Part shown: one piece after another, positions 36,115 through 45,780 of the stretch
Layout of the letters: every line of letters starts with the position of its first letter
Numbering within the stretch: the stretch's first letter is position 1
Assembly (NCBI GenBank): GCA_016181405.1
Contig: JACOZJ010000003.1
Location: 106,749 to 170,748 of the forward strand
Direction of reading: 5' to 3'
DNA length: 64,000 bases
DNA from: Candidatus Wildermuthbacteria bacterium
GTDB taxonomy: Bacteria > Patescibacteriota > Minisyncoccia > Minisyncoccales > UBA10102
The notes under the pieces: generated by a model
What the model was told of the DNA's origin: nothing
Database searches by the model: none
The model's input: only the letters and a program-made list of their open reading frames with translations
Position numbers and translations under genes: made by a program

Positions 36115-36779
36115 TCGATTGTATCCTCTTTATCGGCGAACTCAAGCCATTCGCCGTCGTCCCTTACCACATACCACTTTTTACGCGCTTCCGACCATAC
36201 TAAAGGCATATCCCGGTAAAACGGCTTCTTCACCACTTCTTTGGGTTTCAAGCGATCGAGCTCCAGCCATTTTTTGAATACCGTTTCAATAGAATAGTCT
36301 AGGTTCCGTGTATTGGCCCAATCTGCTACCTTGGAAATTGCGCCTTTTGCCTTCTCGACAGATCCTGCCAACTCCAGCAATTGCTTTGCGGGAGCGGCAT
36401 ATCTTCCATACACAATCTTATGCTTTTTCGCGCTCATCTTCAGGCGCGATAGGGGAATGCCTTTTGTTTCAAAAAAATGCGTAATAATTTCCCGCAAAGC
36501 AGTTTTTCCTTTCAGCTCTTCATAGGAAGATATTTTCCCTTTTTTGAAGAGCTCTTCAATCTTGCTTGCCATGCTTTTGCCAATTTTTGGAATTGCCATA
36601 ATGCCCTTGATTCCTTTGCCGGCATACAGAGCAGAAATATCTTCTCCAAGACTCTCAAGCACTGCTGCCGCTTTTCTATAGGCCTCTGGTTTATATACAA
36701 CACCGTTTATATCTTCAAGATCAGCTATCCTGTAAAATATTTGAGCTATATCTTTGTTTGAAACCTTTTTGCGCATCAT
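36099..36779 (-). CDS. protein with a Pol X-like N-terminal helix-hairpin-helix domain (function unknown)
   Basis: NKDIAQIFYRIADLEDINGVVYKPEAYRKAAAVLESL...IPKIGKSMASKIEELFKKGKISSYEELK resembles the PolX 8-kDa/HhH region. The C-terminal half is unassigned. Confidence 0.5.
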   Translation of the reverse strand: MMRKKVSNKDIAQIFYRIADLEDINGVVYKPEAYRKAAAVLESLGEDISALYAGKGIKGIMAIPKIGKSMASKIEELFKKGKISSYEELKGKTALREIITHFFETKGIPLSRLKMSAKKHKIVYGRYAAPAKQLLELAGSVEKAKGAISKVADWANTRNLDYSIETVFKKWLELDRLKPKEVVKKPFYRDMPLVWSEARKKWYVVRDDGEWLEFADKEDTIEWKIV

Positions 36780-37001
36780 ATTCTACTTCTTCTATTGTAC
36801 CAAAAATTCGCCTAATTCTTATATAACAACTCCTCTCCTTGGTAACTATCCCTTGACTTATGCCATTACGTATGTCTTAGTAAATCTAGAGCTACGGAGC
36901 TCAACTGTACCTTACCAAAAACCTCTCAATAAAGCACGCACGAAAGGGGGTAATAAACGGCTTTAAGCTAGCAGAATCTGCATACTGATAGGAGGACCTC
37001 A

Positions 37002-40000
37002 ATGGGTACTCGCAAAGTCAGGGTTGCATGGGCTCTCTCGGTGGTAACTTTCCTGAAAGGAAGAACCGTGAATAAGCGAAGAATCGCCCCTCTTGTTGCC
37101 GGATTGGTTTTGGCAGCAACAGCCTTCCTGTCAATTGCGCCAACTGCGGCGCAGACCGGAGGAACTGCCTACGTTGCAAACGCCAGCGCCAATACCCTTA
37201 GCAGCATTTCGGCTGATGGCAGTACGCGGACGACAGTTCCTGTCGGGAATCTGCCAATCGCGGTCGCGGTCAGTCCCGATGAACGATATGCTGCGGTCGC
37301 CAATCACGAAGGAAACTCCGTCTCGATCATCGCCACTGCAACGAACACAGTGACAGCAACGATTCCGGTCGGGAAGGGACCTTACGACCTCCAGTTTTCA
37401 AACGACGGTGCAAAGCTGTTTGTTGCGAACAACTCGCAAAGTTCCATTTCCACCATCGACATGGGGACTTTCAGAGTTCTCGCTACGACTGCCCTAGAAG
37501 GAAATCCATTCAGCATTGTCCTGTCGCTTGACGGCAAAAAGCTGTACATCAGCTCGAATACCGGCCTGATGACAATGGACACTACCACCTTTAAAGCCAC
37601 CTTCCTGACTGCACAAACGCAGCAATTCGGAAGTTTGGCAATGCATCCTTCGGGCATCGAACTTTATGTGCTGAATGGCACAAATAAGAGCCTCTTGGCG
37701 GTGAACACTCAAACCGCTGCCATGAGACAGCTTACCCAGTTCGAGAATGGGCCAGAAGACCTTGTCCTGAACTCCGATGCAACGTTTGCCTACGTTGCCC
37801 TTATGAACGTCAAACTGGTTGCGGTGGTAGACCTAGCATCTGGCACGCTTATCACGACCATCAAAACGCCAGAAAGGCCATACCGCCTTGGGTTCAATCC
37901 CAATGGCTCTCTTTGGGCTCCACAGTACGACGGGGATGTTGCGGTCATAGACCCCGTCACCAATACCTATCAGTTCGCCATCCCTATGGCGGGCTGGAAT
38001 GCTGGCATCGGCTTCGTTGGGTCTGGCCCCTTCGGCGCTATACCTACTCCTATGGCCACGCCGACTCCGACTGCCGCCCCAACGCCAACGCCGACGCCCA
38101 CTCCAACACCGACCGCTATTCCAACGTCAACACCCACCCCTCTGCCGACGGCAACACCGACGCCAAGACCTACGGCAACCCCTAGCCCCACTCCCACGCG
38201 AACGCCTGAACCCCGCTACACGCTCACCATCAATGGACACCAGGTGCAGCCAGGGGAAACCAGGATCGAACTGGAAGGAAGAGGGGAGTGGATCTATTTC
38301 AACTTCCCAGCTCCCGGAGCTGACGGGAAGTACTCGTGGCGTTCTGGCGTAAACATCACGTGGGACTACGCTTCTCCTCCGGCAGGACTCAATACCATTC
38401 ACGTCCTGTGGGCTGGAGATTGCTCAGGATACGACACTTGCCTCCTAACCATGGACGCCAACAAGAACGTGGGAGTAGAGATCGTCGAGAACCCCATCCT
38501 CTGGATCATCGATGTAGACGGTATCCCGTTCAACGCCCGCAATGCGTATGCTTCTGGTATGGGTGTTGGTGGCGGATGGGTAACGTTCGATCCTCCTCCT
38601 GGGGATGGAGGGACATATCCCATCGGTCAAACCGTTGTCTTGAGCATCCCGACACAAGACCAATTCGACTTCCTGGGATGGTGGCCTGGAGATTGCGATA
38701 CCTCCACCACCTATACATGTACGGTCTTGCTGCCGGCAAATTCTAACAGGGAAGTGCATGTCACCTTCAGCGGAGTGTCGAGCGGAGGCAGCGGAGAAAG
38801 CTCTCCTCCACCGACTCCCACGCCAACGCCCACGGCTACGCCAACGCCAGAGCCCGAACCGGTGCTGGAAGATCAACTTTCTGCCGAAGAGCTCGCACAA
38901 ATCGAGCGCGAGCTTTATGAGATCGCCGCCGAAGCGGCAGAGATTGCACAAGAGATCAATGCGTTGAATACGGTCAATCGGACTGATCCGGCTGACTGCA
39001 CTCTTCGCTACATTGTGCGCTCTGGCGACACTCTCTCGGCCATTGCCCTCTACTACTACGGCGCGGACTGGAAGTGGCGTAACATCTACTATGCAAATCG
39101 GGGAATCGTCAGCGACCCCAACATCATTCTCCCTGGGCAATTGCTGTGCATTCCGGGAGACGTGATCACCAAGAGCACGAAACCTTCGACAAGCGGCCAG
39201 GTCGTGGACACTTCGGGAGAAGACGAGATTGCGGTTGTCACTTTGGATACCAGAACAACCCCCGATCTTGCCCTTGTTTCCACGCCTATCATCGGCACCT
39301 ACGAAATCCAGGAAGATGAGCACGGCCGCCAAACGGCATTGGTGCACGCGTTCTCCGTGGCAAACGGCGTTGTCCAGAGATTCAATGAGAACGTGGAAAA
39401 GGACCTGCAAGAAACCCTCCCGAGCATCTGGCGAGTATTGATCGACGAGCCAGCCACGCCAGAGGAAGAAGTTATGGGAGTCTTGGTGAGCTGGGTCCCC
39501 ACCACGACTGCCCGCGATATTGGAAAACAGGGGGTTTTCTACTTCACGGGAGATGAGCGTTTCAGCGTTCCAATGCTCGTGCTGGCAATCGCGCCGATTC
39601 CGGGCGATAAATATATCCCCAAGCTCGTCAAGGGAAAGACGGATGAAGCTGCGGCATTGGCAAAGCTTACCCTCAAGCTCAACAACGAGGGGAAGGATTA
39701 CCTTCTTAAGCACCCAGAGGATGTGCTCAAGCTGGCCAAGATCGTGGACAAGCACGGAACAGACGTGCTAAAGTACATTCAACTCAAGGGGTTTAATCCC
39801 CAATACCTAAGCGATCACTTTGGCAGGCACGGTGCAAGAATAGGAGCAGAAAATACACTTGAGTATGAACTCCTTGCAAAGACCTTCTTGAACCGTCCAG
39901 CTGGAGGTACGCTGCTTACCAAAACACGTCCCAATGGGGAAGTGGTCCGGTTTGACACGGCTACCGAGCATTTCGGCATCAAAGCGCCAGACGGGACCAT

Positions 40001-40073
40001 CGAGACCTTCTACAAGCCAGACCAAACCCTCCACGGTTACCCCACAAATTACGACTACTTCTTAGCTCAATAG
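37002..40073 (+). CDS. secreted multidomain protein with polymorphic-toxin-like architecture
   Basis: SD taGGAGGacctca precedes the ATG. Signal peptide (..[17 protein letters not shown]). YVTN-type repeats (aa 55-330, e.g. [32 protein letters not shown]). PT linkers (aa 349-404 and 601-620). Two W-x-GDC-x(5-8)-C modules (aa 405-590). LysM (aa 667-716, [14 protein letters not shown]). PT-TG-like module (aa 826-880, [24 protein letters not shown]...[15 protein letters not shown]). Unassigned C-terminal ~100 aa ([11 protein letters not shown]...[10 protein letters not shown]). Confidence 0.7.
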   Translation: MGTRKVRVAWALSVVTFLKGRTVNKRRIAPLVAGLVLAATAFLSIAPTAAQTGGTAYVANASANTLSSISADGSTRTTVPVGNLPIAVAVSPDERYAAVANHEGNSVSIIATATNTVTATIPVGKGPYDLQFSNDGAKLFVANNSQSSISTIDMGTFRVLATTALEGNPFSIVLSLDGKKLYISSNTGLMTMDTTTFKATFLTAQTQQFGSLAMHPSGIELYVLNGTNKSLLAVNTQTAAMRQLTQFENGPEDLVLNSDATFAYVALMNVKLVAVVDLASGTLITTIKTPERPYRLGFNPNGSLWAPQYDGDVAVIDPVTNTYQFAIPMAGWNAGIGFVGSGPFGAIPTPMATPTPTAAPTPTPTPTPTPTAIPTSTPTPLPTATPTPRPTATPSPTPTRTPEPRYTLTINGHQVQPGETRIELEGRGEWIYFNFPAPGADGKYSWRSGVNITWDYASPPAGLNTIHVLWAGDCSGYDTCLLTMDANKNVGVEIVENPILWIIDVDGIPFNARNAYASGMGVGGGWVTFDPPPGDGGTYPIGQTVVLSIPTQDQFDFLGWWPGDCDTSTTYTCTVLLPANSNREVHVTFSGVSSGGSGESSPPPTPTPTPTATPTPEPEPVLEDQLSAEELAQIERELYEIAAEAAEIAQEINALNTVNRTDPADCTLRYIVRSGDTLSAIALYYYGADWKWRNIYYANRGIVSDPNIILPGQLLCIPGDVITKSTKPSTSGQVVDTSGEDEIAVVTLDTRTTPDLALVSTPIIGTYEIQEDEHGRQTALVHAFSVANGVVQRFNENVEKDLQETLPSIWRVLIDEPATPEEEVMGVLVSWVPTTTARDIGKQGVFYFTGDERFSVPMLVLAIAPIPGDKYIPKLVKGKTDEAAALAKLTLKLNNEGKDYLLKHPEDVLKLAKIVDKHGTDVLKYIQLKGFNPQYLSDHFGRHGARIGAENTLEYELLAKTFLNRPAGGTLLTKTRPNGEVVRFDTATEHFGIKAPDGTIETFYKPDQTLHGYPTNYDYFLAQ

Positions 40074-40077
40074 GAGT

Positions 40078-40365
40078 ATGGAAAATGTGAACAACGAACA
40101 AAGGTACATCTGTCGCGTGTGCGGATACCGAAATCCGGACCATAACCCCTTCTACAGTAAAGAGGGGGGTTCTGAGCACGGTATCTGCGCCTGTTGTGGC
40201 TCAGAATCCGGATACGAGGACTTTGGGCCGGGTGCTGCAGAAAGGAACCGCCGCGGGTGGCTCCAGAAAGGAACCAAATGGTTCCACCCTGACCTCAAAC
40301 CCGAGAACTGGAATCTCGCGGAACAGCTCCGCAGAATTGGAGTTGATCTGAAAGATTACCAGTAA
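40078..40365 (+). CDS. small zinc-ribbon (CPCC-like) protein, candidate cognate immunity/partner protein
   Basis: 95 aa starting 4 nt after the upstream stop. CRVCGY...ICACCGSESGYED forms a two-CxxC zinc ribbon, and a strong terminator follows. Confidence 0.55.
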   Translation: MENVNNEQRYICRVCGYRNPDHNPFYSKEGGSEHGICACCGSESGYEDFGPGAAERNRRGWLQKGTKWFHPDLKPENWNLAEQLRRIGVDLKDYQ

Positions 40366-40403
40366 CAATTGAATAGCGACCAAAGGTTCACCAGAACCAC
40401 AAG

Positions 40404-40443
40404 GCCAGTGTCTCGACTTCGTCGACGCTGGCTTTTTCTTTTT
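40404..40443 (+). terminator. rho-independent terminator
   Basis: GCCAGTGTC...GACGCTGGC GC-rich hairpin followed by TTTTTCTTTTT. Confidence 0.8.
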
Positions 40444-40503
40444 AACTTGAGGGAACGAAAGGGGACTGGTATAGTTTTATTATAGAGATACTCACCACTT
40501 TTT

Positions 40504-41094
40504 ATGCTGCATCGAATTTTTATTGCGATAAACTTGCCAGAGAGAATAAAAGAGAAACTCCTGGAATATAAAAATAAGTGGCCGGAATTGCCCGCGCGCT
40601 GGACCACGAAAGAAAATCTGCACCTCACACTTGCGTTCTTGGGGAATACGTCAGACCAGGAGCTTGTGGAAGTTTGCGCGTTGCTGGAGAGAGTAGGGGA
40701 GAGGCATAACCCGTTTTCTTTAGCGTTTACAAAAATCACTTACGGCCCCCTTCGACTTCGCCCAGGGCAAGCCCCCAAAATGATTTGGGCTATAGGGGAG
40801 AAATCAACAGAACTTTTAGCCTTACAAAACGACATCGGAGAAACACCAGAACACGAGGCGAGCCCGCTTCGCCAAGGCTCCAGCGAGGCGAGCCAACCTT
40901 TTTCGCCGCACCTTACCCTGGCTCGGCTCAAAACGTTCGAACTTCAGCGCATGGAACTGGAAGAAATTCCCGACATCTCCGAAGAAATTTCGCTGTCGTT
41001 TGAAGCACAATCTATGGAAATCATGGAAAGCCAACTCAAGCGCTCGGGCTCTCAATATACCGTTCTCCAGTCGATTCCTCTTGGGAACAATTAA
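40504..41094 (+). CDS. thpR: RNA 2',3'-cyclic phosphodiesterase (2H phosphoesterase, ThpR/LigT)
   Basis: Two H-x-T-x motifs (HLTLAFLG and HLTLARL) at the expected spacing. Confidence 0.8.
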   Translation: MLHRIFIAINLPERIKEKLLEYKNKWPELPARWTTKENLHLTLAFLGNTSDQELVEVCALLERVGERHNPFSLAFTKITYGPLRLRPGQAPKMIWAIGEKSTELLALQNDIGETPEHEASPLRQGSSEASQPFSPHLTLARLKTFELQRMELEEIPDISEEISLSFEAQSMEIMESQLKRSGSQYTVLQSIPLGNN

Positions 41095-41112
41095 TGCTAT
41101 ACTAATACCATT

Positions 41113-42543
41113 ATGCGCATCCACCTTATCGGCATTGGGGGAATCGGAGTGTCAGCCCTTGCGAGATACTATCTTGCAAAAGGGAATATAGTTTCTGGCT
41201 CTGACCTTGTCGAAACAGAAATCACTCAAGCGCTCAAGGAAAAAGGCGCTATAATCTCGATCGGGCCGCACCAGGCGGGAAACGTACCGTTTAATGCCGA
41301 CAGGATAATCTACAGTCCCGCAGTCCAGCGAACAAATCCCGAGCGAGAAGAGGCAGAGCGAATCCAAGAGCGCAGATCGGGAGAGGCACGGGTAGACCTC
41401 TCCTCCGAATCCGAAAATCATTTCGCGGTATTGAGCTATCCAGAAGCGCTTAGCGAGCTTACCAAAGACCATTATACCGTTGCCATCTCTGGCACGCACG
41501 GGAAAAGCACCACGACCGCGATGATTGGCCTTATCCTGGAAAAAGCCGGGCTCGATCCCACAGTAATCGTGGGGACCAAGGTAAAAGAGTTTGGCAACAG
41601 CAACTGCAGGATAGGGAACAATGGCTACCTTCGCAATGGGAAGCCCATTTTGGTTCTTGAGGCAGACGAACATTTTGCCTCTTTTCTCAATTACTTCCCG
41701 GACCTCATTGTGCTCACCACCATTGAACAGGATCATTTGGACTACTACAAAAATCTCACAAACATCCTGCGCACATTTCGCACGTATATCATGCGATTGC
41801 CAAACGACGGCATTATCGTTGCCAATAGAGACGATAAGAATGTTTTTGATGTGGTCGCCGATTCAAAGCATTTCATTCAATATTATTCTGCGCAGTGGGC
41901 AGCGGCAAAAGAACTTCGAAAAATTCTCCAGGTGCCGGGCGAATACAATGTGGCAAACGCGCACGCCGCACTCACCGCCGCGCGCGCGCTTGGAGTGCAA
42001 GATAAAATAAGTTTCCAGGCGCTCGGCGCGTTTAAGGGCACATGGCGCAGATTTGAAACTTTTGAACTCCGCAAGCCAGTCCCTTATACGCTGGTATCAG
42101 ATTATGGCCACCATCCCACCGAAGTGCGCGTTACTGTGGGAGCCGCCCGTGCCAAATGGCCCAAAAACGAGCTTTGGCTTGTGTTTCAACTCCACCAATA
42201 CCAACGCACCCTTTTTTTCTTCCGCGACTTCGTTAGTATCCTTTCACGCCTGCCTGTAGACAAACTTATTCTCTCGGACATTTATGACGTAGCCGGCAGG
42301 GAAGAAGATGCAGCCCGCAAAAAAGTCTCCGCTGAAAAGCTTGCAAAAGAAATTCAGAAAAGAAAAGGAAGAAAACCTTTCGGCCTTATTCGGGGCAGAC
42401 AAGCAGAAACCGTGCTCTGGATTCCCACCATTGACGGAATTTACGATTATCTCCAGCAAAATCTCAAAGGGAAAGAGATTGTCATGGTCATGGGAGCAGG
42501 GGATATCTACAACCTCACACTTCGGCTCACGCAGGGTAAATGA
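41113..42543 (+). CDS. murC: UDP-N-acetylmuramate--L-alanine ligase
   Basis: MRIHLIGIGGIGVSALARYYLAKGNIVSGSD, P-loop ISGTHGKSTTTAM, and a Mur ligase central/C-terminal pattern (DYGHHPTE). Confidence 0.9.
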   Translation: MRIHLIGIGGIGVSALARYYLAKGNIVSGSDLVETEITQALKEKGAIISIGPHQAGNVPFNADRIIYSPAVQRTNPEREEAERIQERRSGEARVDLSSESENHFAVLSYPEALSELTKDHYTVAISGTHGKSTTTAMIGLILEKAGLDPTVIVGTKVKEFGNSNCRIGNNGYLRNGKPILVLEADEHFASFLNYFPDLIVLTTIEQDHLDYYKNLTNILRTFRTYIMRLPNDGIIVANRDDKNVFDVVADSKHFIQYYSAQWAAAKELRKILQVPGEYNVANAHAALTAARALGVQDKISFQALGAFKGTWRRFETFELRKPVPYTLVSDYGHHPTEVRVTVGAARAKWPKNELWLVFQLHQYQRTLFFFRDFVSILSRLPVDKLILSDIYDVAGREEDAARKKVSAEKLAKEIQKRKGRKPFGLIRGRQAETVLWIPTIDGIYDYLQQNLKGKEIVMVMGAGDIYNLTLRLTQGK

Positions 42544-42626
42544 TTGGTTGACAGGGAAGTTCTCGAGAGGGAGAATAGAACAATAGAGGCGAAAGGTCTT
42601 TTATATATAAGCTATTTAACGGTTTT

Positions 42627-42833
42627 ATGGATTTTCTATTCATCATTGGGCTATTGCTCGTGATTGGGGTGGTAGGGATGATATATTTCATGGGTAAGCA
42701 ACAAAAGAAGCAAACCCCTCCTTCTCAAGGATCGCAACCTCCAACATCCGCCTCTGCCTCGTCGGCAGACAGGCAGCAGGGTGGACAATCTACCCCGCCG
42801 GCAAATAGGCCTCCTCAGACTCCAGTTTCATAG
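42627..42833 (+). CDS. small membrane protein with a P/Q/S-rich tail
   Basis: 68 aa with one TM (FLFIIGLLLVIGVVGMIYFM) followed by a low-complexity tail. A terminator follows. Confidence 0.4.
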   Translation: MDFLFIIGLLLVIGVVGMIYFMGKQQKKQTPPSQGSQPPTSASASSADRQQGGQSTPPANRPPQTPVS

Positions 42834-42863
42834 ATTTGTTCGATTCGTTTCAATAAGCTACCT

Positions 42864-42899
42864 CCCCACCACTTATGCATGAGTGGTGGGGTTTTATTT
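42864..42899 (+). terminator. rho-independent terminator
   Basis: CCCCACCACT (42864-42873) pairs with AGTGGTGGGG (42882-42891), followed by TTTTATTT. Confidence 0.8.
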
Positions 42900-42974
42900 G
42901 GGAATCCTTGAACAAAAAATGGCTTCTTGATATATATAGTTTGGGAATATCCCACCTAACGAGGAGGTGAAAAC

Positions 42975-43133
42975 GTGAAAATCGAGAATACGATATGCTC
43001 TGCCTGTTCCTCTCCCGCACGAGTAGCGTGGGCTGAAGGGAAATCGTACATCATCGTCCACGCTCTCAATACCTGTCCCGCGGCGCCTTCTCCCCGCCAG
43101 CAGGAGAGAAATCGGGGGCTGGTGAAGGCCTAA
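42975..43133 (+). CDS. possible small Cys-containing protein (below the ORF-track size cutoff)
   Basis: GTG start 5 nt after GAGGAGGTG. 52 codons, my translation MKIENTICSACSSPARVAWAEGKSYIIVHALNTCPAAPSPRQQERNRGLVKA. No homology could be judged. Confidence 0.25.
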   Translation: MKIENTICSACSSPARVAWAEGKSYIIVHALNTCPAAPSPRQQERNRGLVKA

Positions 43134-43185
43134 AGGACCTCTCTCGCATCAGCGAGAGCGGCCCTTCATTTTTTCTAACGTATAA

Positions 43186-44184
43186 ATGTCTTATAATAGG
43201 CAGATGAAAGAAAAAGTTGATCCTATTATTAAAAAGCTGCTCGCACGGGGAGTAAGCAAACAAACGCGCGAACTTTTGCATTATCAAATCAACACGGGTG
43301 GAAAACGCCTTCGGCCCGCGCTAGCCATCACAAGCTGCCTTGCCTGTGGCGGAAAGCTCAAAGACGCGCTCTATCCAGCCGCGGCCCTCGAGATTTTACA
43401 CACCTACACTCTAATCATTGACGACATTATAGATAACAGCCCCACGCGCCGAGGCAAGCCAACCACATGGAAAAAGTTCGGCCGTTCATTCGCGGAATGC
43501 GCGGGCCTCGATTATGGAGCTACCATACTCCAAACGGTTCTCCAAACAAAACAGCCAAACGAAATCGGAACGATATTAGCAAATACGTGGAAGGAAATAA
43601 TTGATGGGGAAATCCTTGATATCCTGTACGAACAGTCGGGAAAATATCAAGAACCTTTCGCGCGTCTAAACCGGAAAACTGCAATAAGTCTCCGCGAATA
43701 TCAAAAAATGATAGGGCACAAAACAGCTTCGCTTTTCCGGGCCTCTTGCGAAATAGGCGCTCTAGCAGCGAATGCATCTCAAAAAGAAATCAAGGCGCTA
43801 AAAACATATGGATGGAATTTTGGCCTTGCGTTTCAAATTTCAGACGACATTCTTGATATTTACGGAACAAACACCGGAAAACCGCGCGGCCAAGATATTC
43901 GCGAGCATAAGTTGGGCAATATTGTCGTTCTCTTGGCACTCCGCGATCTTCCCCACAAGCGACAAAACCGTCTAAGGAATATTCTCAAAAAAGGCACTCC
44001 GCAAACCAAAGACCTTAAAGAAGCAATCGCGCTCATTCAACAAAGCAATGCCAAACAAAAAGCTTCCCAACTTCTTTCCTTTCATGCAAAAAAAGCGCAA
44101 CAAGCCCTTCGTCTCCTTCGTCCCTCTCCACATCGCTCCGCACTCGAAGCAATCCTCCAAAAGAACGTAACGCGGACAGGGTAA
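43186..44184 (+). CDS. polyprenyl diphosphate synthase (GGPP/FPP synthase family)
   Basis: First Asp-rich motif LIIDDIIDN and second FQISDDILD, with KRLRPAL upstream. Confidence 0.85.
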   Translation: MSYNRQMKEKVDPIIKKLLARGVSKQTRELLHYQINTGGKRLRPALAITSCLACGGKLKDALYPAAALEILHTYTLIIDDIIDNSPTRRGKPTTWKKFGRSFAECAGLDYGATILQTVLQTKQPNEIGTILANTWKEIIDGEILDILYEQSGKYQEPFARLNRKTAISLREYQKMIGHKTASLFRASCEIGALAANASQKEIKALKTYGWNFGLAFQISDDILDIYGTNTGKPRGQDIREHKLGNIVVLLALRDLPHKRQNRLRNILKKGTPQTKDLKEAIALIQQSNAKQKASQLLSFHAKKAQQALRLLRPSPHRSALEAILQKNVTRTG

Positions 44185-44445
44185 AACCCCCGCCACCCGC
44201 CGCAGCAGAAAACTTAGTAGTTTCATTTTTAAACCAAAAGCAGCCCTCAACTTTCAAAAGGCAGCTTCTTCTTGCGTTTTTCCTTTTTATTTGGTAAATT
44301 AAGTGAACAAAATGATCAATATCAGTCAATTTTCCGAAAGCAAGACATTCTAATATGCAACTCGCCGGAAAATACGAGATATTGACATTTTCCTTTGTAA
44401 TTTGTCTATCTGGGGATAGAAAGGATTTATTAAGGTTTACTAGGG

Positions 44446-45762
44446 ATGCTTGGCATAAATACTCAAAAAAAGGAATCCGCTTTTTGGGATAAACAAAAAG
44501 AAACCATTTCTGTTGCGGATCTCAAATCCCTCCAAATAGCAAAACTGCGGGAATCTGTTAGGTTCGTTGCAGAACATTCTGATTTCTATAGACAGAGAAA
44601 AAAACTCTTGGAGCATGACGCGAGCTTTAATTCTTTGGATGAATTTTCAAAAAAAATTCCTTTTACCACAAAAGAAGACCTCCTGCAGAGCGAACTCTAT
44701 GAAAACCTTTGTGTTCCAAAGAAAAATTTGGTCGAAATGCATTCTTCTTCGGGAACCAGCGCCAAACCCGTATACTCCTTTCTCACGAAACAAGATATTC
44801 AAAAGAGTAGCGAATATCTCGCAAGAACATGGTACATGCAAGGCGTCAGAGAAGAATCCTTATTCGCCATGATGGCTTCTTACGGATTGTTCTCTGCGGG
44901 GCTGCTCAATCATTACGCTATCCAGCAGATCAAATCCTTTATTATTCCAATCGGAGGATCTTCTGCGTTGAAAACTCTCGGCATCTTACGCGAATTTTCA
45001 GTTGATTCCTGCGCCGCCGTCGCAAGTTATTATTCTTATTTGATTGCAATGGCAAAGCAAAACAACATTCGCCTAAGCGATCTTCGACTACGACATATCA
45101 TCGCGGGTGGCGAGCCCTTTTCAGAAAATCAGCGATGCTATGTCGAAAAAGAACTTAATGCAAAGATGTATGACCAATACGGGCTATGTGAAATAAACAC
45201 CGGCCTTGCCGGAGAGTGCGCAGAAAAGAACGGACTTCACATCCTTGCGGACTACGTTTATCCGGAAATAGTGCATCCAGCAAGTGGAGAAGTATTGGAA
45301 GAAAATCAAGAAGGCGAACTTGTCTTAACCACATTTTACAAGCAAGCTTCGCCTCTTCTGCGATACCGAACAGGAGATATTACCAGCATTTCCTATGCGT
45401 CCTGCCCGTGCGGACGAACTATGCCAAGAATATCCCGTATCAAGCGCAGGACAACAGACACACTTTTTTACAAAGGTGTAAACATAGAAAAACCATACAT
45501 TGCCAAACTTATCGAAGGCTTGCAAGGATATCTCAACCCTTATATCTGGCAGATAGAACTCAATTCTGACGCTGGAAGAGACGAGGCCGTGTTAAAAATC
45601 GTTTTGGAGCAAAGTGAAAGAGAGAACGCGCTTGACCATATAACGGCATACCTTCAAAGAAGTCTTGATTTCAAGATAAAAACAAGGGTATTTACTGCGG
45701 ATGAACTTGCTCGCCTTGGAAATTCAAAACTAAAAAATTTCCTTGATAATAGAAATAATTAA
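44446..45762 (+). CDS. PaaK-like adenylate-forming enzyme (phenylacetate-CoA ligase / F390 synthetase family)
   Basis: SSGTSAKPV (adenylation P-loop variant), YGLCEINTG, GELVLTT, LLRYRTGDI, CPCGRTMPRISRIKRRTTD. Confidence 0.7.
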   Translation: MLGINTQKKESAFWDKQKETISVADLKSLQIAKLRESVRFVAEHSDFYRQRKKLLEHDASFNSLDEFSKKIPFTTKEDLLQSELYENLCVPKKNLVEMHSSSGTSAKPVYSFLTKQDIQKSSEYLARTWYMQGVREESLFAMMASYGLFSAGLLNHYAIQQIKSFIIPIGGSSALKTLGILREFSVDSCAAVASYYSYLIAMAKQNNIRLSDLRLRHIIAGGEPFSENQRCYVEKELNAKMYDQYGLCEINTGLAGECAEKNGLHILADYVYPEIVHPASGEVLEENQEGELVLTTFYKQASPLLRYRTGDITSISYASCPCGRTMPRISRIKRRTTDTLFYKGVNIEKPYIAKLIEGLQGYLNPYIWQIELNSDAGRDEAVLKIVLEQSERENALDHITAYLQRSLDFKIKTRVFTADELARLGNSKLKNFLDNRNN

Positions 45763-45780
45763 AACTAACCTATAGCCACC

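Noticed and set aside
38046-38213. Short-period DNA repeats (ACNCCN units), also at about 51340-51640 and 56740-56880, considered as a CRISPR array or tandem-repeat array
   Set aside because: They are in-frame Pro/Thr linker codons inside long ORFs. There is no repeat-spacer periodicity and no cas genes.
38445-39755. 436-aa ORF on the minus strand inside the toxin-like gene
   Set aside because: Its composition is low-complexity and Arg/Gly-rich with no motifs, and it lies entirely antisense to a CDS with clear domain content. It is a shadow ORF of GC3-rich coding sequence.
37002-40073. Diversity-generating retroelement target (common in CPR surface proteins)
   Set aside because: There is no reverse transcriptase ORF and no template-repeat/variable-repeat pair anywhere in the window.
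40855-40894. Direct repeat GAGGCGAGCC x2, 30 nt apart, inside thpR (EAS...EAS)
   Set aside because: It is short and could be a simple local duplication in a loop between the two HxTx motifs. There is not enough signal to tie it to the hairpin families.
41330-41420. About 20-aa insertion in MurC (ERRSGEARVDLSSESENH) with a GGAGAGG/CCTCTCC hairpin, as another mobile hairpin insert
   Set aside because: The boundaries of the insertion are uncertain without an alignment. The hairpin sequence is unrelated to the CCTGCC/GGCAGG families.
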